Positions 9,451-18,349 of a stretch of DNA of 64,000 nucleotides are shown here, piece by piece. The stretch lies in the IMG/VR virus record IMGVR_UViG_3300049846_002076, positions 1 through 64,000 of that record; one strand, given 5' to 3'. Under the pieces are notes generated by a model. It had not been told where the DNA came from and searched no databases. It was given only the letters and a program-made list of their open reading frames with translations. Every line of letters starts with the position of its first letter. The stretch's first letter is position 1. The position numbers and the translations under genes are program-made. The stretch comes from a virus.

Positions 9451-9675
9451 CTATCTTATCGCGCAGGCGCACCCGAACTTTCCGGCCATGGTCGCGAACA
9501 ACGTCACCGCGAATCCCGCCCTGTTGATGCCAACCCTGACGACGACCTCGCCGAAATCGCGCTCGACAACTTCGGTGAGGCCCTCGAGAATTTCTTCGTG
9601 TTCGTCTCCTTCAATCTCGACCAAGGAACTTGACACGAGAACTGGCTGCTGCGTTGTGGAGCTGGCTTCTCTCAA
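9451..9675 (-). CDS. Hypothetical protein
   Basis: TTG start with GGAGG RBS; first gene after the leftward promoter. Confidence 0.6.
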   Translation of the reverse strand: MREASSTTQQPVLVSSSLVEIEGDEHEEILEGLTEVVERDFGEVVVRVGINRAGFAVTLFATMAGKFGCACAIR

Positions 9676-9714
9676 AGATCCTCCGTTCTTGGTTGTTGGT
9701 CAACTCGCGCTGAG

Positions 9715-9771
9715 ATTATAGCACTTAGGCACTATTGACGACACGCTGGCGACTGTTTGTCTATAATGACT
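9715..9771. promoter_or_regulatory. Divergent promoter region with two operator-like palindromes
   Basis: AGGCA-CTAT-TGACG at 9727-9740 beside leftward TGcTATAAT; TGTCT-ATAA-TGACT at 9758-9771 overlapping rightward TATAAT (9762-9767). Confidence 0.7.
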
Positions 9772-9808
9772 GTTACGGGGATTCCCGTTTAGCTTCTGGA
9801 GGTAGACA

Positions 9809-10279
9809 ATGAAACCCACCACCGTAGCCCAATACATCACGGCGCAGATCGAAGCCTCGGGTCTCACGAACTCCGAGATCGCTACCGCACTCGGCTACAC
9901 TCCCGACCGCGCTAACATGATCTCCATGATCCGCACCGGGCGCTCGAAGCTGCCGATCAACAAGGTCGCGTCGATGGCGAAGGCACTTCACATCGACCCG
10001 GCCCATCTCCTGCGCTTTGTGCTTCGGGAGTATTCTCCCGACACACTGGTCGCCCTCGAGGAGGCGATCGGCACTGGCCTTCTGACCGAAGGTGAGCAGG
10101 AGGTTGTCTCCCTGCTCCGTCGTGAGGCGGGCGAGCTGCCGATTCACCTGGCCGACGATCAACTCGTCACGATTCAGCAGTGGGCCCGGAAGGCCGCGCA
10201 GCATGCCCACGTTGAGCAGAATCGTCGGTTCAAGGAGGGGGCGAAGCATCGGCACTCCGAGGTCGCGCTGCAGCACTAG
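9809..10279 (+). CDS. XRE/Cro-CI-type HTH regulator, candidate repressor
   Basis: TNSEIATALGY...NMISMIRTGRSKLP HTH; GGAGG RBS; only credible plus-strand gene. Confidence 0.85.
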   Translation: MKPTTVAQYITAQIEASGLTNSEIATALGYTPDRANMISMIRTGRSKLPINKVASMAKALHIDPAHLLRFVLREYSPDTLVALEEAIGTGLLTEGEQEVVSLLRREAGELPIHLADDQLVTIQQWARKAAQHAHVEQNRRFKEGAKHRHSEVALQH

Positions 10280-10953
10280 CGCTTCCAGAACATCCCATCG
10301 TTGACAGTCCCGCGAACCGTGCGGGACTTCGCGACGCCTTCGAGCCAGTCCCCCACGGCGCCGGCGTTCTGTTCGTCGTAGCGCTCCACGTAGAGGTCGT
10401 AGAGTTGCCAAAGGGTGCTGATGTCCAGCACCGCCTCTGCCTGCCACATGCGTTCGGTGGTTGCCATCTGTGCAAGCCGCCGAGCAGCCGCCTTGACCTT
10501 GCCGGCCGTCACGAAGGTGCCCTCGGGCATCGTGCGGGTCATGAAGCGCTCCATGAGCACGTTGGGGTCGCCGTCGACGAACACCGAGTAGAGCTGCGGC
10601 AGCGGGCGCGTCTCGGTCGTCCGATGCCACTTCTTGACCTGCTTGAGGCCCGTCGGCTCGATCACCCAGACCGCGAACCCGCCCCCACGGGCCAGGGCGT
10701 CGAGAATGTCGTCCTGGGTGTTCCCGTAGAAGTTGCCAGAGAACTCCACGTGCTCGACGAGCTCGCCGCGGGAGAGCTTCTCCTCGAACCAGGAACGGTT
10801 CCTGAAGTGGTAATCCCGGCCATCGACCTCGCCGGGCCGGGGTTCCCGGGACGTGTTGGAGATCACTCGGGCGGCGCCCCGCTTGATCAGGGCTTCCTCG
10901 AGGGTGGTCTTGCCCGCGCAAGACGGGCCGGTGAGTGTGATGAGGACGTTCAT
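10276..10953 (-). CDS. Guanylate kinase-like protein
   Basis: GPSCAGKTT P-loop; SNTSREPRPGEVDGRDYHF; GNFYG. Confidence 0.88.
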   Translation of the reverse strand: MNVLITLTGPSCAGKTTLEEALIKRGAARVISNTSREPRPGEVDGRDYHFRNRSWFEEKLSRGELVEHVEFSGNFYGNTQDDILDALARGGGFAVWVIEPTGLKQVKKWHRTTETRPLPQLYSVFVDGDPNVLMERFMTRTMPEGTFVTAGKVKAAARRLAQMATTERMWQAEAVLDISTLWQLYDLYVERYDEQNAGAVGDWLEGVAKSRTVRGTVNDGMFWKR

Positions 10954-11156
10954 GAGGGTGCCTTTTCGGGTGTCGGGGGTTGGGATGCCAGGCGCTCGGT
11001 GATGTTGGTCACGAACTCCAGCATGACGAACATCGGCACTTCCTGACCTTTTGCGTCCATCAGGGCGACCCTGTTGGGCGGGAAGATCATGGTCTTCCAG
11101 GGCATCGGGTGGATCGCCCGAAGCTCCTCGACGGTCAGGGGGCGCGGAGCGTTCAC
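10950..11156 (-). CDS. Hypothetical protein
   Basis: Coupled on both sides by 4-nt overlaps. Confidence 0.65.
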   Translation of the reverse strand: MNAPRPLTVEELRAIHPMPWKTMIFPPNRVALMDAKGQEVPMFVMLEFVTNITERLASQPPTPEKAPS

Positions 11157-11512
11157 CGGGCGCCCTGCTCGCGCAGCGTGGCCCGGGTCTGCCCGACCGT
11201 CAGGGTGCGGCGGTTGATGCCCGAGGGAAGCTCGAAGACCGGCAGCGAGGGCTCGTCGAGGGCGTCCTCGATCTCCTTCGCAATCCCGGCGTTGATCGTG
11301 CCGTCCGGGTTCGCCCGGAACGCGAGGGCGTCGCAGTCGCGGATCATCGCGGTGAAGTAGTCCATGCCCATGCGCTTGTAGCCGGCTTCGTGCTCCGGGG
11401 CGTTGGGGTTCACGACCTCGAAGCCGAGCTTCGTGAGGGTGTCGATGTCCCGAGCTTCCTGGGGCGTGTTGTAGATGGCGATGGAGTGCGCGTAGTAGAC
11501 CTTCTTCATCAT
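11153..11512 (-). CDS. Nucleoside 2-deoxyribosyltransferase-like protein (start re-called at MMKKVYYA)
   Basis: KVYYA, GFEVVNP, IRDCDALAF, GIAKEIEDA...PVF pattern of the NDT fold. Confidence 0.6.
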   Translation of the reverse strand: MMKKVYYAHSIAIYNTPQEARDIDTLTKLGFEVVNPNAPEHEAGYKRMGMDYFTAMIRDCDALAFRANPDGTINAGIAKEIEDALDEPSLPVFELPSGINRRTLTVGQTRATLREQGAR

Positions 11513-11748
11513 GTCCTCACGAACTTGTCGGGGTAGTTGGTCTGCAGGCCCGGCCCTTCGACCTTGACCTGTTCGATCATCGACGGCGAATACCAGATCA
11601 ACTGGCCGCGGTCGTTGCGCCGGCGGTAGCCGTTCGCGGTGATCGCCGCGAAGTGGGTCATGGCCTGATCCTTGGTGCCCACCCGATACTGGTAGGAACC
11701 CGGGAAACCCTTGACGAAGATCGACAGCTTGTATTTGCCGCTGGTCAT
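11509..11748 (-). CDS. Hypothetical protein
   Basis: Coupled ORF, plausible composition. Confidence 0.65.
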   Translation of the reverse strand: MTSGKYKLSIFVKGFPGSYQYRVGTKDQAMTHFAAITANGYRRRNDRGQLIWYSPSMIEQVKVEGPGLQTNYPDKFVRT

Positions 11749-13205
11749 GCTGAAACCTCCTTCTTGTCGTCACGAAAGCGCACGAACCGGGGGTGCCGCA
11801 GCGAACCGTCCGGCGTGACTTCGTGGTATTGGACTTCGATCAGGCGACCCACTACAGGATCGGGATCGGCAAGGTGTTCCTTGATCGTCCCGAACGATGC
11901 TCCGATGGGATCGCTCAAGTGCCCGATCCAAAGGTCTTGACGCTGCTCGTCGGTGAATCCACCCCCGACGTTCACGCTAACCCCCTTATAGTCGACGATC
12001 AGGCCACCAAGCATCCCGGCATACTTGCCTTCGCCCTCGAAGGCGCCGATAACCTTGAGGTCGAGCGTCTCCTCCGCCTTGATCTTCGACCATGCGTGGT
12101 GGCGCTTGCGGTAGTAGAGCGCCTTGGGATCCTTGACGATCAGACCCTCGAGTCCTCGAGCCCTGCACGCCTCGTAGTGCTCGTGAATTTCCTCTTCGGA
12201 GTTCACGACTTTGGAGGGCAGCAGAACGATCGGGGCGCCGGCGGGGGCGCACTTCACGAACTCCTCGAGCCGAGCACGACGCTGTTCGTAGGTCTCCTCA
12301 CCGACCTCGTCCTTCGGGCCGGGCTCGTTGAAGTCGTCCTGAAAGAGCAGGTCGAACACGCAGAGCTTCGCGTCGATCGCCTGGGCGTCCTTGCGACGCA
12401 CATCGCCGACCGTCTTGTTGAAGCCACCCGAAACGACCTCTGCCTCGAGGACGAGGTAGCAGGCTTCGTCAGCCCGAAACTCTGCGTAGCAGGCGTCCAT
12501 GTGACCGCAGTCGATCCCCGAACCATCTTCGCCACCCTCGGGGCCGCCCTCCTTGTCGTAGAGGTCGCACGCCTTCCGCATGAGCTCGCCGCGGTAGACT
12601 GCAGCCGCGTCGATCAGGGGAGCCTTCAGATGGTCGAAGGTGGTGAACTCCTTGCCCGAGCGGGAGAAGAAGCGCACCTCCTGGTCGTCCAGGTTGATGA
12701 AGGTCAGCACCCGCACGCCGTCGATCTTCGGTTCGGCCCGCAGCGGGAACGCGAGCTTGTGCTTGTGCTCCTTGTAGGGGTGGGCCAGCATGCAGTCGAA
12801 CACCGTGATCGTCCCCGGCTTGGCCCGGTTGATCGTGCCCTCGGTGAAGCCCGCCCGCATGTCCTTGCTGATGATCCTCCAGAGCAACTCCTCGCTCTTG
12901 GGCGACAGGTCTTCCATGTGATCGACGAGCCAGTCGATCGCCGCATTCCCGGTCAGCCGTCGGGCGGCCAGGTCTTTCAGACCAGCCCACGTCGCGGCGG
13001 TGAACTGGTAGTCGGTGTTCTTCTTCGCCGGGTCGATCTTGGGGCGCTTGGCGATCCCGTAGGTCACGAAGGGGTCGTAGCACGCCACGAGCACGTCGGT
13101 GCCGAGGTCGTCCCCGAGCAGGGCGGCCACGAGAGCTTCCTTGTCCTTCTTGCCCGGGGTTGCGGCGATCTGTTCGATTGCGTCGAAAACTTGATCGGAA
13201 TTCAT
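11745..13205 (-). CDS. ATP-dependent DNA ligase (start re-called at MNSDQV)
   Basis: EPKIDGVR, FSRSGK, VFDL, EGLIVK, WSKIK, VGGGFT, SLRHPRF; GGGAGAG RBS. Confidence 0.93.
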   Translation of the reverse strand: MNSDQVFDAIEQIAATPGKKDKEALVAALLGDDLGTDVLVACYDPFVTYGIAKRPKIDPAKKNTDYQFTAATWAGLKDLAARRLTGNAAIDWLVDHMEDLSPKSEELLWRIISKDMRAGFTEGTINRAKPGTITVFDCMLAHPYKEHKHKLAFPLRAEPKIDGVRVLTFINLDDQEVRFFSRSGKEFTTFDHLKAPLIDAAAVYRGELMRKACDLYDKEGGPEGGEDGSGIDCGHMDACYAEFRADEACYLVLEAEVVSGGFNKTVGDVRRKDAQAIDAKLCVFDLLFQDDFNEPGPKDEVGEETYEQRRARLEEFVKCAPAGAPIVLLPSKVVNSEEEIHEHYEACRARGLEGLIVKDPKALYYRKRHHAWSKIKAEETLDLKVIGAFEGEGKYAGMLGGLIVDYKGVSVNVGGGFTDEQRQDLWIGHLSDPIGASFGTIKEHLADPDPVVGRLIEVQYHEVTPDGSLRHPRFVRFRDDKKEVSA

Positions 13206-13223
13206 TGTCTCTCCCATCGTCAC

Positions 13224-13242
13224 ATTATAGTCAGTTTTGACT
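13224..13242 (-). promoter_or_regulatory. Perfect operator AGTCA-GTTT-TGACT overlapping TATAAT
   Basis: Palindrome at 13229-13242; -10 at 13229-13224; upstream of ligase. Confidence 0.8.
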
Positions 13243-13794
13243 GGCGCGAGTAGCCAGCATTCGTTTCGCCGCTTCGAGCATCGACTCGCCCGGAAGCACG
13301 TGCAGCGGCCCATTCACGACCGCTGAACGCCGCTCCCCGCCGAGCTGTTCCTTCTCGATCTGGGCCTGGTGATCCTTCATCGCGCTGTTCAGGGCAGCCG
13401 CCATGTAGTCATCCCCGATGGGAGCCGGGCTGTTACCCAACGATTTCTCGTTCTGTTGGGTAACGGGAGCCTTGGTGGGCATGAACAGCTCCTTCGCCTT
13501 GTCGACGAGAGCCGAGAGTCCGGTGAAGCGCACCCTTTCCTTGAAGTAGATCGCCCTGCCCTTCGCGAGCTCCTCACCACGCATCGTAGCCGCCACACAC
13601 GCGGTCGTGTCGAGGTTCTTGATGCAGTTCCGGTCGACGAGCGCCAGGGCTTTGCCGTCTGCGTTCTTGAGGCGATGCAGGCAGAGGGCGTAGTGGTTGG
13701 GGCGTCCGATCGCCTCGCAGAACAGGGTGTATGCGTTGCGCTTGCCATCCGAGCTCGCCTCGAGCGGGATGATGGGTGTCGTTTCAGTTGCCAT
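13231..13794 (-). CDS. Hypothetical protein (Cys-containing)
   Basis: 187-aa ORF in operon. Confidence 0.7.
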   Translation of the reverse strand: MATETTPIIPLEASSDGKRNAYTLFCEAIGRPNHYALCLHRLKNADGKALALVDRNCIKNLDTTACVAATMRGEELAKGRAIYFKERVRFTGLSALVDKAKELFMPTKAPVTQQNEKSLGNSPAPIGDDYMAAALNSAMKDHQAQIEKEQLGGERRSAVVNGPLHVLPGESMLEAAKRMLATRASQN

Positions 13795-13981
13795 CGAGCT
13801 TCACCATTTCCTGTTGATCATTCGGTCTGTATTGTTCCACCACGATTGGGCAGTCGTCGCAAGTCCAGGGATAGTTGTGGCGACAGTCGAACTCGCCCCA
13901 ATAATCCCGGTAGCCGCCACAGCCCGCCTCGAGCACCTTGATGTAGCGCCTGGTTCCATGTTGGGGCGCCCTGTCGCTCAC
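13784..13981 (-). CDS. Small Cys-rich hypothetical protein
   Basis: GTG overlapping the upstream stop; C...C...CDDC. Confidence 0.55.
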   Translation of the reverse strand: MSDRAPQHGTRRYIKVLEAGCGGYRDYWGEFDCRHNYPWTCDDCPIVVEQYRPNDQQEMVKLDGN

Positions 13982-14451
13982 CACGTCCCCCATCCTTCAG
14001 GGCGGGGGCCGTCGTCGACGGGCTTCGGTTGCTTTTTCAGCTTGGGCGGTTCAGGTTCGTCCTCGAAAACCGGGACGTCAGTTCCATCGCCGAAGGTTGT
14101 GCGAATCTGGGCCGCGTTGGTTCTTCCGAAGAGCTTCTCGATTCGCTCGAAGAACTCATCCTCGTTGACCAACTCTTGTTCCTGGGCCTCGAAATTGTAG
14201 CCACGACCTCTCTTCTTCTTCACCATGCTGTTGAAATCGAGATCGGCAGCGCGTTCGGTCATGTGTTTTGTGACCTTAATCTCGCCACCTCGCCCGATGT
14301 GCTCCAGCACAGCCGTGCTCTTGCCCCACTGGTGAACCGTGACCCATCCGAGGTCGTTGTTCCCGAGCTTCCAGAGCTGATACGCCTTCGTCCCTTCCTC
14401 ATGGGAGGCGAAGGAGTGCGAAATCATCGCTTTCTTTTTGATTGCGGGCAT
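13978..14451 (-). CDS. WGR-domain-like protein
   Basis: KAYQL...HQWGK...FNSMVKKKRGRGY resembles the WGR domain pattern. Confidence 0.55.
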   Translation of the reverse strand: MPAIKKKAMISHSFASHEEGTKAYQLWKLGNNDLGWVTVHQWGKSTAVLEHIGRGGEIKVTKHMTERAADLDFNSMVKKKRGRGYNFEAQEQELVNEDEFFERIEKLFGRTNAAQIRTTFGDGTDVPVFEDEPEPPKLKKQPKPVDDGPRPEGWGTW

Positions 14452-14473
14452 GGTCTAAATTTACCAGTGTGTT

Positions 14474-15604
14474 CTAGGCGTGCGAAGCTGCCGCATTCAT
14501 TTGCCGACGCTCGATGGCGATGGCTGCGCCCGAGAGCTTGTCGAGCAGGGTCGCCCGGTAGAATGCTTCCCGCACCGTCGCCGCGGGCACTTCGTTGGGA
14601 TCCTTCAGGGGCGGGAGCATCGCGATACGCACCCGCAGCCCGATACTACGCAGCAGATCGCCTGACTCGATAGCCTGGTCGGTCGCGGGAATCTCGCCAT
14701 CCCACATGATCGTCACTTCCTCGAGCCCACGCTCATCCTTCAGACGTCGAAATTTCTCAAGCTGACTATCCTCAGTGCCGAACGACAGGTGCTTACCGAA
14801 GCTGCCGATGGGCACAACGTCACGCAGGGCCGGGTCACCGTCCAGGGCAGCCTTGGTTGCCGCGACGTCGAATGCGCCCTCGCCCATGACGACACGCCTG
14901 GTGCCGACGACGTTGTGTCCGTTGTAAAGGTGGGCGCCGGTGACAGCGTAGCCGACGGGGAACAGGTATTTGGGATCCTGAGTGCCGAGGATGTCACGCC
15001 CTTGGAAGCTCACCAGCGTGCCATCAAGGTCGAACACCGGGATGATGATCCGGTTGCTGAACCACTGAAACTGCCACAACCCGCTATCGTTGCGGTAACG
15101 GTGGTATCCGTTCAGACAGAAGCGCCAGTTGAAGTAGTGCGCGAGCGCCGCGTCGATCCCCCGGTTCTCCAGGTAAGCCAGGTTGCGCCCCTTGATCGGG
15201 ATCGCGTAAGAAGCGGGGAGCTCCGGGCTGCCTTTCTCGACCTTGGTCTCCACCGAGGTCACACGCCGGGACTTCCAGCCGGTCTCCCGAGCAAGCCTCT
15301 TGATGAACTCCTTGACCGCATGAGCATGCACTCCTTCGCCCAAGTAGGCACGAATGAACGACCACTTGTTGTAGCCCTTCCTGTCCTGGGGGTGGTCGCC
15401 GGCGAAGCAGTTGCCGAGCCCAGTCTCCCGGTTGATGTAGACCTTCCAGCGATCGTCGCCGCAGACCGGGCATTCCCGCACGTTGTATTGCGGGCCACGG
15501 GAGCCCATTGTGGGCCGGTAGGTGATCCCCTCGCGGTCGAGAAAGACACCAATGTCGATCGCCTCGAGAAGCTCCTTGAGCTCCTGGTCTTCGTGCTGTT
15601 TCAC
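14474..15604 (-). CDS. DNA primase (Zn finger + TOPRIM)
   Basis: CPVC...NCF, YLENRGI, RIIIP, FQGR, EGAFD, WDGE, KDPNE. Confidence 0.88.
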   Translation of the reverse strand: MKQHEDQELKELLEAIDIGVFLDREGITYRPTMGSRGPQYNVRECPVCGDDRWKVYINRETGLGNCFAGDHPQDRKGYNKWSFIRAYLGEGVHAHAVKEFIKRLARETGWKSRRVTSVETKVEKGSPELPASYAIPIKGRNLAYLENRGIDAALAHYFNWRFCLNGYHRYRNDSGLWQFQWFSNRIIIPVFDLDGTLVSFQGRDILGTQDPKYLFPVGYAVTGAHLYNGHNVVGTRRVVMGEGAFDVAATKAALDGDPALRDVVPIGSFGKHLSFGTEDSQLEKFRRLKDERGLEEVTIMWDGEIPATDQAIESGDLLRSIGLRVRIAMLPPLKDPNEVPAATVREAFYRATLLDKLSGAAIAIERRQMNAAASHA

Positions 15605-15819
15605 AGGTCAGCTCCGAGTCGTCGCAGCACCGAGCGTATGTTCTTGATCGCCCGGGGATCCGTGCTGCCGCTGATTAGGGCGAATTCGGTGCCAGATGGC
15701 GGGTATGCCTTGATGTGCCCGCGCCCGGTCTCGACGATGTTCCACCCGAGATCCTTCAACTGCTTGAGTATCTTGCGAAGATCCTTGTCGCGGTGGACGT
15801 AGGGTGACTTTGCTTTCAT
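15601..15819 (-). CDS. HicA-like (dsRBD-fold) small protein (start re-called at MKAKSP)
   Basis: ILKQLKDLGW...GRGHIK...P...AIKNIRSVLRR; basic 72 aa. Confidence 0.6.
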   Translation of the reverse strand: MKAKSPYVHRDKDLRKILKQLKDLGWNIVETGRGHIKAYPPSGTEFALISGSTDPRAIKNIRSVLRRLGADL

Positions 15820-16106
15820 TCTTCGATTGTCCCCTTGCGGGCGCGGCGAGTCTTTGGATGCGAGAAGTGATGCTTGTGAACCCACATCGCCGACATGATC
15901 GCCAGCGGCCCGCTCACCAAGAAAACCACGATCTCCAGGGTTTCGGTAGCCTGGGGAATGATCTTCAAGATGCCGAGGTTCGCGAACCCGATCACCAGCG
16001 AGTTGAATCCTGCAAGCAGGTATTGTCCCGAATTGACCGTTCGGGACTGAAAGCCGAGCGCGAACACGAACACGAAGTTCGCCACCAGAATGAGCAGGGC
16101 GGTCAT
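15816..16106 (-). CDS. Small membrane protein (about 3 TM)
   Basis: Three hydrophobic segments, basic tail. Confidence 0.7.
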   Translation of the reverse strand: MTALLILVANFVFVFALGFQSRTVNSGQYLLAGFNSLVIGFANLGILKIIPQATETLEIVVFLVSGPLAIMSAMWVHKHHFSHPKTRRARKGTIEE

Positions 16107-16357
16107 TTCTTCTCCGGCAGATCCGTGAGACTGTAGACGTCGCCGTTAGGACAGGTGAAGACCACTTCGGGTGGCGATCCCATGTAGCCGGTGCGTCGAC
16201 ATCCATGGTCTTTCGCCCACTCCATCTTGCGGCCCTTTCGGTCCTCCCTCATCTCCTCGCTTTTCGCGATGAGCCAGGTTCCAAGACCCATCGACCCGAA
16301 TGCGACCAGCAGAACCAATGCCACATGAACTGCTCCATGATTCAGGTCGATTTTCAT
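16103..16357 (-). CDS. Hypothetical protein with N-terminal TM
   Basis: Hydrophobic N-terminus; coupled. Confidence 0.65.
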   Translation of the reverse strand: MKIDLNHGAVHVALVLLVAFGSMGLGTWLIAKSEEMREDRKGRKMEWAKDHGCRRTGYMGSPPEVVFTCPNGDVYSLTDLPEKK

Positions 16358-16566
16358 CCTCTGTCCCTCCCGAGCACGATTTCCGCGGCGTCCCAGAACA
16401 CGAACACGATGATCGCGACTATCATGCCGATCTGCAGCCTGGTTTCACCGATTTGTCCGAGAAACTCCAGTGCGAGCATGACGATGATGATCGAGCCGAG
16501 CCCGATCACCAGCGCCACGATCGCGGTGAGAACGATCAACAGGAAGTGCTTGGGGCCTTCCATCAC
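16354..16566 (-). CDS. Small membrane protein (2 TM)
   Basis: Highly hydrophobic; coupled. Confidence 0.65.
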   Translation of the reverse strand: MMEGPKHFLLIVLTAIVALVIGLGSIIIVMLALEFLGQIGETRLQIGMIVAIIVFVFWDAAEIVLGRDRG

Positions 16567-17927
16567 TCCTCCCCGAGAACGCGCTTGATGAACTTCATCC
16601 GTTCGCGATCCTGTTCGATGCGGATCGAGAACCCGGCCGCCTGGTTGCGGGACGCTGCGAAGTAGAGCCGGGCGTAGCCCTCTTTGACTTCCTCTTCGGT
16701 CGCGTTGATGCTGATGATCACGTCAGCGATCCGCACCTTGTTGAAGTCGTCCGCGACGTGCTCGGCCTTCGCGACGGCAGCGGTGAAGCCCTGCCGGTTG
16801 GTCTGCGTGGCGGTGAGCAGGGCGAAGCCCTCCTGCATCGCGAGCCCACGCAGTCCGACGTAGACGCTCTTGGAGTTCTCGGTGGTGCTCTCCACGAAGC
16901 GTTCGGGCTGCATGATGTCCGCGTAGTCGACCACGACCATATCGAACATGACGCCTTGCGACTTGTAGTGTTCGATCAGCCGGCGCAGGTCGGAGACCCG
17001 CATCGAGCCGGTGGGGTATTCGACGATCTTGAGCTCGCCTGCTTTCTCGCCCCACTTGCGAACCTTGTCCATCACCGTGATGATGTGCGAGGTCAGCTCC
17101 TTGAAGGGCGTGTCCGAGATGTTCGCGTCCATGCGGGACGACAGGATCGAAGCCGAGACCTCCAGGGTCGCGTAGAGGACGTTGTGGCCGTTGCCCACTG
17201 CCTTGACGGCGAAGTCGAGCAGCGCGGTCGTCTTGCCGGATTTCGCCCCGCCCATGATCACGGACAGTTCGCGCTTGCCCCATCCCTTGTGATAGAGCTT
17301 GTCGTCGATCGCCGCGTAACCAGTGCTGATGCCGGTGGGGGAGCGCTTCCCGGCTGCGATCTCCTTGCGGTCGAAGGTGCGGGAGTCGATTGACCGCTTG
17401 AAGTCATAGACGCCTTGCTCGGGAGTGGCGCCGACTGCGAGTGCCTTCGACAGCTTCTCTTGGATGGCCGGGAAGTCGCCCTTGTCCAGCTTCTTGATTG
17501 ACTCGCGAATCGCGTCGGTGACCGCCTGGTGTTTCGCGAAGGTAGCCACCTGGTCGATCACGAAGTCACGATCGCCGATGTCGTGATCCCACAGCTCCTT
17601 GAGCGTGAGAATCACCGAGGGTGCGTCATCCTTCCGAAGCAGACCCTTCGCCAGGTTCTCCTTGATCACCTGCGCGAAGATGTTCTTGTCCGCGGGAAGG
17701 CGCTTGTAGGTCTTGAAGTAGTCGATCGCGATCGCCACGAGTTGAGCCACGGGAAGGCTCTCGAAATACTCGGGCAGCACGAGTCCGTCGGTGCGCTGAA
17801 CGAACTTCACGTCCCTCACCGTGAGGGCCGCGATTTTCTTCTGGAACGACAGGTCGTAGTCAAACTTGTGAACGACGTGCGTCGTTTCCTCGTCGACCGG
17901 GGCGGTTGCCAGGGCGGTTTCGGTCAT
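16563..17927 (-). CDS. dnaB: DnaB-like replicative helicase
   Basis: GISTGY, GGAKSGKTT, TLEV, VVVDYADIM, ATQTNR. Confidence 0.92.
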   Translation of the reverse strand: MTETALATAPVDEETTHVVHKFDYDLSFQKKIAALTVRDVKFVQRTDGLVLPEYFESLPVAQLVAIAIDYFKTYKRLPADKNIFAQVIKENLAKGLLRKDDAPSVILTLKELWDHDIGDRDFVIDQVATFAKHQAVTDAIRESIKKLDKGDFPAIQEKLSKALAVGATPEQGVYDFKRSIDSRTFDRKEIAAGKRSPTGISTGYAAIDDKLYHKGWGKRELSVIMGGAKSGKTTALLDFAVKAVGNGHNVLYATLEVSASILSSRMDANISDTPFKELTSHIITVMDKVRKWGEKAGELKIVEYPTGSMRVSDLRRLIEHYKSQGVMFDMVVVDYADIMQPERFVESTTENSKSVYVGLRGLAMQEGFALLTATQTNRQGFTAAVAKAEHVADDFNKVRIADVIISINATEEEVKEGYARLYFAASRNQAAGFSIRIEQDRERMKFIKRVLGEE

Positions 17928-18286
17928 TGCGCTGCCCTCGAGCCGAAGCTCTCGATGCCGTGCTTGTAGAAGGTGAGTTGGATCGGCGGGTCGAAGTTTT
18001 CGACCTTGCCCTGATCGTCCGTCGTCTTGACCATCATCGTGATGGTGAACTTGTCGCGAGTGACGATCGTGCCGATGTATCCCACGCCCGAGATTGCCAT
18101 GAGCGCGACCTCGGCTTTGGCGTCTTGCAGCCTGGCGAGAATCGCGTCGTGACCCTTGGGCATGAACTTCCGGGGCTTGTCGCCGCGGTATCCGGGCTTC
18201 GCGTGCAGGGTGGTATCGCCTTGGGAGCGGCCGAAACGCTGCTGGTCGGCGCGAATGTCTTCCGGGTTACGCTGTTGCTCGTTCAT
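17924..18286 (-). CDS. hfq: Hfq/Sm-like RNA chaperone
   Basis: Sm1-like HDAILARL...V.L.AISG..YIGTI...DKFTI and Sm2 FYKHGIESF (compare Hfq YKHAIST). Confidence 0.75.
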   Translation of the reverse strand: MNEQQRNPEDIRADQQRFGRSQGDTTLHAKPGYRGDKPRKFMPKGHDAILARLQDAKAEVALMAISGVGYIGTIVTRDKFTITMMVKTTDDQGKVENFDPPIQLTFYKHGIESFGSRAAQ

Positions 18287-18314
18287 TCCAATAGATCCTT
18301 TCTAGGTTCAAATC

Positions 18315-18340
18315 AAAAATACGCACCCATTATTGGGTGC
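18315..18340 (-). terminator. Possible intrinsic terminator between the 18350 gene and hfq
   Basis: gcaccca-ataa-tgggtgc stem followed by gtattttt on the minus strand. Confidence 0.5.
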
Positions 18341-18349
18341 CTGGCTTGG

